DNA of 60,664 nucleotides, counting the filler, from Trichosphaerium sp. ATCC 40318 (Eukaryota; Protista; Tubulinea): assembly GCA_038496445.1 (NCBI GenBank). It is 4 parts of 4 records of this genome, joined end to end, with 100 filler letters (N's around TTAATTAATTAA, not from the genome) between each part and the next. Parts side by side here need not be neighbours in the genome. Positions count along the whole stretch, not along the records: positions 49,965 to 60,664 come from JALMLS010000620.1; 3 more parts are not named here. One strand, 5' to 3'. Numbering within the stretch: the stretch's first letter is position 1; every line of letters starts with the position of its first letter. The position numbers and the translations under genes were made by a program. The notes under the pieces were generated by a model that did not search any database, was not told the origin of the DNA, and saw nothing but the letters and a program-made list of their open reading frames with translations. Shown piece by piece: positions 52,901 to 60,664 of the stretch.

Positions 52901-53462
52901 TCTGAGGCAAACAAGTAAGAAACAATTGAACAATAAGGTAAGGAAAAGCAAAAAACCAGAAAAACAAAAAACAAAAAAAAGGTTCGTCGTTCGAGTTATT
53001 TTTTACAACAGGAAAATCTCGTGTTCGAACGTGACCGCGAGCTCGCGGTCGGTCGACCGACACGTAAAAAACGTGTTCGAAAATATTCGCGAACGTACGC
53101 CAACTCTGTCAAAAGACAGTGTGCTCCATCTCCAACTCCAAAGCCAACAATAGGGTCTGCATTGTACTCATCACACCAAACAATAGGCATAGGACAAAGC
53201 ACAAACCTTTTGGTGAAGGTTTCATAAATAGGCATCTTTTGTATAATGTTCCTGGGGTTGACTCCTCTGACATTCAAAAAACAAGCTATGTGTGACATGT
53301 CCAAGGGGCCTTTGTAAAATGAGGGCTTTTCACTCTCAGATACTTCTTGTTGATAGAGTTGGCAGCAATCCCTCTTAACAGGCCCTTTTGTATTGATGGC
53401 TTTATGATGCAGCCATTCAATTTATTGGTGCCTGTCTTCATGTAGCTACATAAAAGTTAAAA

Positions 53463-53518
<56 letters not shown>

Positions 53519-54151
53519 GACGACGTTCGTTTTCGAACACGTAGAACGCGTGTTAAAAATATCGCGAAAATTGTTACTTACTCCACAAAGAGATGGAAAT
53601 CTGAATCATTGCCAAAGCTCAAGGAATCTCTAAAATGGACCAAAAGAAGGGCAATGTAGTACCAAGAATCTGTGACATGAAGTCCCATGGCTGTGTAGAA
53701 TATGCCAGTCCAGAGTAGCACCTGCCAATACAACTGTCTCCACTTGCAGCTTATAATCCATCTATTTTTCTTTCTCCTCTACCTCCGATTCCTCATCTCC
53801 GTGTTCTCTCGGCATGGGTTCGTGCTCCTTGTAATCTCTGGTGTAGTTGCCTTCGAAGTGCATCGGCTTCCACCACTTTTCTTCGTCCGAGGAGTAGATT
53901 TTTCTGACGTCTTTGATAAACTTCTGCAGTTGGTCTACTCCTTCAACAAATGGAAATCTCTCCTAAAGAAACAAATTAATTTAAAAAAAAAACAAAAAAA
54001 AAAAAAACCAAAAAGCCAACGATTTTACAACAGGATATTTAAGTGTTCGTACACGACCGCGAGCTCGCGGTCACACGTTCGACACATGAAAACTGTGTTA
54101 TGAATACTTTAGGAAAAAAAATCAAAAAATAATCAAAAAAAAAAAAATCAG

Positions 54152-54191
<40 letters not shown>

Positions 54192-55645
54192 GAAATAAAA
54201 CGAACACGGCCCGCGCGTGTATGTATCGGAAAACGTACCTTGAATGCTGCCTTCAGCTTGTTGTTAGGAGTTATTTGAGACTCCAACACATTATCAAAGC
54301 TGGCAGCAAAAAACCCATTTAGGCATCTCTTCATCCTCTTGATGGGCATGGTTTTAGCATAAACCAACTGGTTGGCTATGATAACACCTCTACATAGATA
54401 AATTAGTTGAAATGAATTAAAAATTAAAAAAAAAACAAAAAATAAAAAAAAAATATAAATGACAGCTACGTTTACGAACATGCGCCGCGCGTGTTGCGTC
54501 GAACGCGAAATTAAATGGGTAAAAAAAAAAAAAAAAAAACACCCAACTTACTCAAAACCAAAGATAACATCTCTGTGTTCTCCAATGAGAGTACCCACAA
54601 TTTTTGTTTCAGTGTTGTGGTTTCCATGGGTACTCACAATCATCCAACCAGGGCTTGTTGGAGCTAAAAAGAGTATTAGAAGATGGCACATTAAATAAAT
54701 ATACAAACACGTTTTTTTCTGTGTGGAAAATATGACCTCGAGCTCGCGGTCGGAAACGAACACATTAAAAACGTGTTACGTACACAACGGCAAGCTTGCA
54801 GTCAGTTATAAAGCAAGACTTTCAAAAAAAAAAACGGTTTTTAAAAAGTACACACTTTTTATGTGTACAAAAACCGACCGCGAGCTCGAGGTCAGGTACG
54901 AACACAATAAACATGTGTTGTATACCATAAAGCAAGCTTGCAGTCAGTTATAAAGCAAGACTTTTAAAAAAAAACGGTTTTTAAAAAAGTACACACTTTT
55001 TATGTGTACGAAAACCGACCGCGAGCTCGAGGTCATGTACGAACACGGTAAAAGCGTGTTTAAAGTCGTACAGCGAGCTCGCAGTCTGTAAAAAAAGCAA
55101 AACAACAAAAAAAATATTAAAAAAAAAGTACACAATTAAATTGTGTACCAAAACCAACCGCCAACTAGCGCGACATGCGAACACGCGATATACGTGTTCT
55201 AATACCGCGACGAGCTCGCTGTTGAAAATTGAAGCAAAATAAAACAGTGTGAACCAAAACCAAACGAAAAAACAACGCACACGCGTTCTGCGTGTTACGA
55301 AACCCTCGTTTGGGTTTGGTTCTACCATGCAAAAAAACCGCATGGTAACGGAAAAATCGTACACATGAAAACCGTGTACAAAAACCGTCATTTTTTTTCG
55401 AAATTTATTTGAAAAATTAGGGGTTTTGAAAAAACCATTTAAAAGCAAAAAAACCCCCTTTATTAGTCTTTAAAAATTAAAATAAGACTAATAAAGGGGG
55501 TTTTAAAAAAAACAAAGAGTAAAAAAGAGGTTAGTACCTAGTACTCTCTTCTCCTGAGCCTGGGCTTACCATCAGCTTCTTTGGAGGGCTCATCCTCATC
55601 AGAAAACTCAATGTTTATGAGAGAGAGGTCTTCATCTGAGCTCAT
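49965..55645 (-). CDS. Large unknown multi-exon protein with a central ParB-like motif pattern and acidic/basic tail; one in-frame TAA, 3' end in gap
   Basis: At least 13 GT-AG-bounded exons, e.g. MSSDEDLSLINIEF, APTSPGWMIVSTHG, ERFPFVEGVDQL, FLNVRGVNPRNIIQ...VGDGAHCLLTELA, AIYCTKINFLQSLTTPDSKVDRY, LKQLNELGWYEL. TAA near 53424; shifts at A-runs. Confidence 0.65.
54791..55090. repeat. ~142-bp tandem duplication of the motif cassette in intron 1
   Basis: CAAGCTTGCAGTCAGTTATAAAGCAAGACTTT... starts at 54791 and 54933; main palindromes are spaced 142 and 141 bp. Confidence 0.85.
55450..55504. repeat. Perfect 21-bp inverted repeat with 13-nt loop
   Basis: AAAACCCCCTTTATTAGTCTT (55450-55470) / AAGACTAATAAAGGGGGTTTT (55484-55504). 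Confidence 0.9.
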
Positions 55646-55961
55646 CCTTGATTTATGAAAAGTCAAAAAAGTAAAATGAGGCTTTTTTTCCCCCAATAAT
55701 TGCGTTGAGAAATAGACAGGAAAATTTCGTGTTTCGAAATGTGCACCGGAAATTTCGCCTGTTTTAAAAAAGTAAGAAAAAAATGAGAATTTGACAGTTT
55801 GCAAGATTGTTGATGAGGTCTTGGGTTTGTAAAAAACCCTATCTTGCTGTAACCCTACAGGGAGATTGTATGTGCAAAAAACATAAAAAAAAGCCAAAAA
55901 AATCGAAAAAATTTTACAACAGGGTAGAGTAGTGTACAAAAAAATACGGTTGGTACATACT

Positions 55962-56101
55962 CCTAAACCCTAACCCTAAACCCTAACCTAGTTTACAAAC
56001 CCTAATGTTCGGTGAAAACCCTAGTATCACTGAAATAGGGTTTTGTACACTAGGGCTTAGGGGTTTAAACCCTAGTGTTCGCTGATTCTCGTTCAGCGAA
56101 C
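55962..56101. repeat. Telomere-like CCCTAA(A) units followed by a 9-bp stem-loop
   Basis: CCTAAACCCTAACCCTAAACCCTAACCTAG, more AACCCTA/TAGGGTT motifs, then GTTCGCTGA-N7-TCAGCGAAC. Confidence 0.6.
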
Positions 56102-58092
56102 CAACTACCAAAAAAGGCAAGTCTTGCTCATTAAGCAAAAATATACACTAAATATTAAAAAACTTAGTACTTCTACAAAAACACCTCATAACTATACACC
56201 AAGGTAATATATATAACTCATACTTTATACACAATAAATTAAGGCATATTGACATAAGATACATCAAGCGCTACATGTATGATGATATACATGGTGAGTA
56301 ATCAAAGCAACCCTAATGGATAAAACTATAAAATGGAAAAAATTATTTATTTGCTATCACTACTAAATACCATGATCATTTAGAACCAAATCATTGTTAT
56401 TTCTATGTAGCTACAATATAATACTTTATAAAAATATATTGTATGATAACATAGATGATATTAAAACTGTTATTTATATCATTTTTTAGTACAAATAGCA
56501 TTTTTGTATGTTGACATTGAGAAAAAACCTTTATTTTAGCACTAAGATGATATATTCTTGAATAAAAAGTATGTTATATATCTAATAATCAAATATAAAA
56601 ACAATTATGTATGTAATTTTAACATAGGTGGCCTTGATAGGCCTATATACCACAAAAAAAAATAAAAAAGCTATAATTCTCAATAAAACATCTGTGTCGC
56701 TGCATTAAAAACATCTATTGTATTCATGTTTCACAAGTCATCAACCACCATGCTTGAGATCATGTATGTGCAATAGATTGCACATATATGATATAAGTCC
56801 AACAAAATAGATGAATTACAAAAACACACACCAAAAAAATTATTGGCACTATAAAAAGCTCTATGCCAATATAATTTTACATCCATGATAACATTCCTAA
56901 ATGGATAGAAAGTAGCCATATAACAAAGATATATGGCATCAAGAGGTACCATGGAGGCAAAGCTGTTTTTGGCAAAAATGACATTTTTTTGGTTTTTTTA
57001 CCATAAAGTATGATTGTAGGTAGCTTCATCAAGATCATCTATGTATATATAGTAAATTATAAGATGATGCCATGATGTTTGTTAATAGGAAAATGAAGAA
57101 TCGCACACCATAGATAATATATGGGGGGCCTGGTGCATCAACGAACAATGTCATCATTTTTGGCCAAAAAGGGCACGAACTCAAAATGCTTCTAAGCCTT
57201 CAAATCCAACCATCATTTTTGTTTTTATATAGGCTTATATAAAGTATATTAAGATGGCATAACATTTAAAGTAAATATTCATAGGGGGTATGGTGAACGA
57301 CCACTAAAAAATGAAAAAATGCTGGAAATTTCTACATTTTCCTGATTTTGGATCGCATATATCCCACCCCACCAAATAAACTGTATACCTCTTATTATTG
57401 CTATGCTAGGTACTATATATCCTCAGTCGCCATCGATCCATCATGTTGTTGGCTGTGACCATTTTCGAAAACATGTGCTATAAAAGGTAAAACATATAAA
57501 TGAACTAATAACTATTCATGATGCATAGGTATGACAAAATAGATAAATGCATTGGATTCCTTGAACAAAATGGCATACATGTATATGTATAAGTGAAACA
57601 TAGGTGGTCGTGTAACTGCAGCCTCCAAGCAAAAATGTATCCAATTTTTTGCTAAAAAAATCCCATTGGAAAAATCAAAAAAAATCCAAAAATCAAAGAA
57701 TGGCTCACCAAATCGACGTATACTGCTATAAAATCCTACAAACCATCAGCAATCGGGTAATTTATGCCAATGTATAAGGTACAAAAAACGAAATTGGCTT
57801 AAGTGATATGATAAGGTATGCGGTAATGCATGGTTCAAATTAAATCCCTAATCCTACCTCAATAGTAGTAAATCGTAAGCTTGTAAGGAAAAAAATACAC
57901 AATGTCAACACAACCCTAGCATAATTTTATGCACGTATTTAATGCTACATAGCATAGGATGAAGCGCCATATTAATTCAGGCACGAAAATGCCTTTGGCA
58001 TTTCCGCACCTACCCGCGATAGCCCGTACGGGGCGATATTCGGTGAACGAAAATCACATAGTCCCTAACCCTAACCACTTCCTTAATGTGAT

Positions 58093-58449
58093 CAGTCCTG
58101 TGATATAGTATAGGCAATGCCTTATATATGAATTAAAATACAAGGCATATATTGCTTAAAAAAATAAGGCATAATAAAGGCATAAAGTACTTGCAATATG
58201 GGGCATTACTTGATTTTATGCAATGCCAAAAAATGCAATACAAGGCATTACCTGATTTTATGCAATGCCAAAAGATGCCCAAAAATGCCTGGTATTAATG
58301 CCTTTTTGATGAAGGCATTGCCTTTTTGTAAAAATGCCTTATTTTATTGGGCATTGCCAAATGCAAATGCCTTGATTTTGCCATCTAATGCCAAATGTTA
58401 GGAATATGCATCATTTTTTAAGACAATGCCTAGCTGAGTTTCAGCCCTG
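58093..58449. mobile_element. Possible short non-autonomous element with AGGCATT/AATGCC repeats
   Basis: Imperfect ends CAGTCCTG...TAGGCAATG and CAATGCCTAG...CAGCCCTG; dense GGCAT/ATGCC repeats in both orientations; no TSD found. Confidence 0.4.
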
Positions 58450-60092
58450 ACTCGGTCGTAAATTCAATCCAGATTTCACTAATTTCATTCCCAGTTATTA
58501 GAAGAATAACTTTTATCAATCTGTTTTCTGGCAAGTATGCAGACATGAATGATGAAGCTTTTGATAAAGTTGGTTTTAACATTGCTCGTTTGTTAAACAC
58601 TTCGATGCATGTTGCAAACAATTTTTACAACATTTTCAATTCTAGAGAACAGGATTTGTACGACTTATTATTTTAACTTACAATATCTAAATCAGGTCTA
58701 AAAAAATATACCAGTTTTTTTGGTATATACCACTTTTATACCACTTTTTTATACCAGTTTTTCATGGTATATACCACTCTTATATACCACTTTATGCCTA
58801 CTTATGGTACACCTGCAATTCCAGAAAATACACTTTATTTAATACACAGTTTGTGAGTTACAAGTTTTGGACAATGTCCACTACAGTTACATTACTATGG
58901 GCGTCTGGAAAATTCGTCCATCTCCATGAGCTTGCTGTACCTACTGTAAAAACATGCTGCGCACCTAATGAAAGTGGTTCCACCTGAATCTATCAATTAC
59001 TAAGGCCTACAGAGGTCGGTTAATGTATATCAAACGAAAATAAAATAACACTTTGTCTGGTACCCACGAACGTCTGTATAATACCTGCAATATAGTTTCC
59101 TTAATGGTGGTACTGGAATCAGGTCCTGCGGTTTGAATGAGCTTGGTTTGGTTAGATTCTATCATATACTAAGGTCCCTATGCACCGTTCAATGTATGAC
59201 GTCTATGATCGTTCAACAAGAAAACCCATTACCAAAAAGCTCCTTAATGACCTTCTTGAAGCATACCATAAAAGTGGTATATACCAATAAAAAGGTGGTA
59301 CCACATACCATAAAAAAGTGGTATATACCACCTTATATACCATTTTTAGAAGGTCTCATTATGTGAATGAAAAGTGGTATATACCACTTCCATATACCAC
59401 TTTTTTATTCACTTAATTTCTAAAAAAAGTGGTATTTCAAAATGGTATATACCAGTTCATATACCATTTTGTTGAAAAAAGTGGTATATACCATAAAAAA
59501 ACTGGTATATACCACTTTAATTTTTAGACCTGATACATGATTTTAGAGTCACTCAACAAATGATTAATGAATGTATTCTTCCTGTTGAACATGAAGCTCC
59601 ATTAATGTTGCAACAAATAGTGCAAGCTACCATAGATGATTTGCCAATGATCAATGAAGAAGTGATAACTAGACGTATCAGGGTGTTGAAACATCTTCGT
59701 AAAGAATTGCCTTTACCCGAAGACAGGTATACTTTTTATGAACCTGACATTGTATCAAGTTCAGATGAAGAAGAATTTGTTGACATTGTGGAAATCCAAT
59801 CCAACAATGCAAGTTATGACAGCGATGATTATTTGAGTGTAGATTCAAACATTGAATTGGATGTATATTTCAGTGATGAAGAATGTACGATTGAATTAAA
59901 ACTTATTATTTATTAATCTCTTTTACAGCCAAGTATGACTTGATCGATATGTATGTGTCTAAGGAAAATGAAATTATTTGTGTTGTGCAAATGGATGATG
60001 ATCACGATGAAGAAAAGTGGACTTTACAACAAGCTTTAAAAAGAAATGTTGTGGTAGATAGTTTCTTAAAAACTATTTTACCAAAAAAATAA
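58450..60092 (+). CDS. Hypothetical 3-exon gene or gene fragment; first intron contains a MITE
   Basis: The frame is kept across GT-AG junctions: ...NSREQDL/VTQQMINEC...FSDEES/KYDLIDMY...ILPKK*. The 5' end abuts the putative element ending at 58449. Confidence 0.5.
58693..59532. mobile_element. MITE with CAGGTCTAAAAA TIRs and subterminal TGGTATATACCA palindromes
   Basis: CAGGTCTAAAAA ... TTTTTAGACCTG, flanked by AT on both sides; many GGTATATACC / ATACCAC repeats near both ends. Confidence 0.8.
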
Positions 60093-60664
60093 AAAATTAT
60101 CTTAGTTACCAATAAAAGATTATCTTATATTTCATAGTCATGAATAGATATGAAAATAAATAATATCTCATTATGTTGCCATGTATGTATAAATATGAAT
60201 TTAAATTACAATTTAGCTACACATGATATACTAAAAACTTTGTGTATATGAGAAGTGTGCATACATATTTTTTACCAAAAAAAAAAACCAATTACAAACT
60301 CAAAATCGCTTACATTTATATAACTCATCACTATAGATACCTACAAATCAATTATTGCTTGTACCATGTTTATATGGTCTAATAACATATATGTACATAC
60401 ATAAAGTAATTAAAAATACATTTGTAAATGCAGCCTCCAAATGCAACTGCATGGTAAAAATATCTCAAAATTTGCAAAAAAAAAAAGTTCATGTGTCACT
60501 CACGGGCCATGTAGTGCATGAATATCATTTTCGATGCTGCACATCATAATAATACATGCCTGTGCCTAACAGCACAGCCATGAAAGTAGCAAAATCTAAT
60601 AAAATCGAAAAAGTAAAAGTTTAAGTAACCTTAACCCTAATTGTTATCATAATCTATTAGGGCT

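Larger units (their letters stand above)
50235..55936. repeat. Dispersed array of ACA-N11-TGT dyads and GACCGCGAGCTCGCGGTC palindromes, mostly intronic
   Basis: Palindromes (0-1 mismatch) at 50261, 50730, 52198, 52498, 53033, 54055, 54734, 54876, 55017; about 30 ACA-N11-TGT sites counted by eye. Confidence 0.92.

Noticed and set aside
53458-53517. Long poly(A) tracts as retro-insertion tails
   Set aside because: They are T-rich intron tracts of the minus-strand gene; no TSDs, and run lengths are unreliable.
50235-55230. Palindrome array as CRISPR or a simple introner family
   Set aside because: Units are separated by exons of variable length; intron ends and spacers are not conserved; motifs also occur in an exon and upstream of the gene.
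56110-57960. AT-rich stretch with scattered short motifs (GCAGCCTCCAA also near 60430)
   Set aside because: Probably degenerate transposon interior, but no ends, TSD or ORF could be defined.
60620-60664. True telomere at the window end
   Set aside because: Only about two imperfect CCCTAA units, followed by unique sequence.

Overview
AT-rich eukaryotic (protist-like, probably amoeboid) DNA with many short GT-AG introns. It consists of four contigs joined by artificial N-TTAATTAATTAA-N linkers (19972-20071, 34118-34217, 49865-49964), so adjacency across gaps is unproven; several frameshifts lie in homopolymers and may be sequencing errors. Conventional genes: Nup155-like 3' end, condensin CAP-D2, DPH6 3' end, NADPH oxidase, a CID/RPRD protein, a G8-domain protein, a tectonin, a PTTEA mucin-like gene and a NAMPT relic. 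Accessory content: two intronless F-box-like/MORN-variant genes, an inverted pair of F-box/SPRY genes, two RCC1/SAM-like genes, a young Ty3/Gypsy element (357-bp LTRs, GCGTC TSD) with a 699-bp structured insertion in RT, and MITEs. Most unusual: (1) an unknown multi-exon gene (49965-55645, minus) with a ParB-like motif pattern, whose introns and flank carry about 30 ACA-N11-TGT dyads, often flanking the palindrome GACCGCGAGCTCGCGGTC at a fixed 8-9 nt, while most exons lack CpG; (2) RCC1 paralogues almost identical in scaffold but rewritten codon by codon at the propeller loops; (3) the insertion in RT. All family assignments are by motif recognition by eye; no searches were run.
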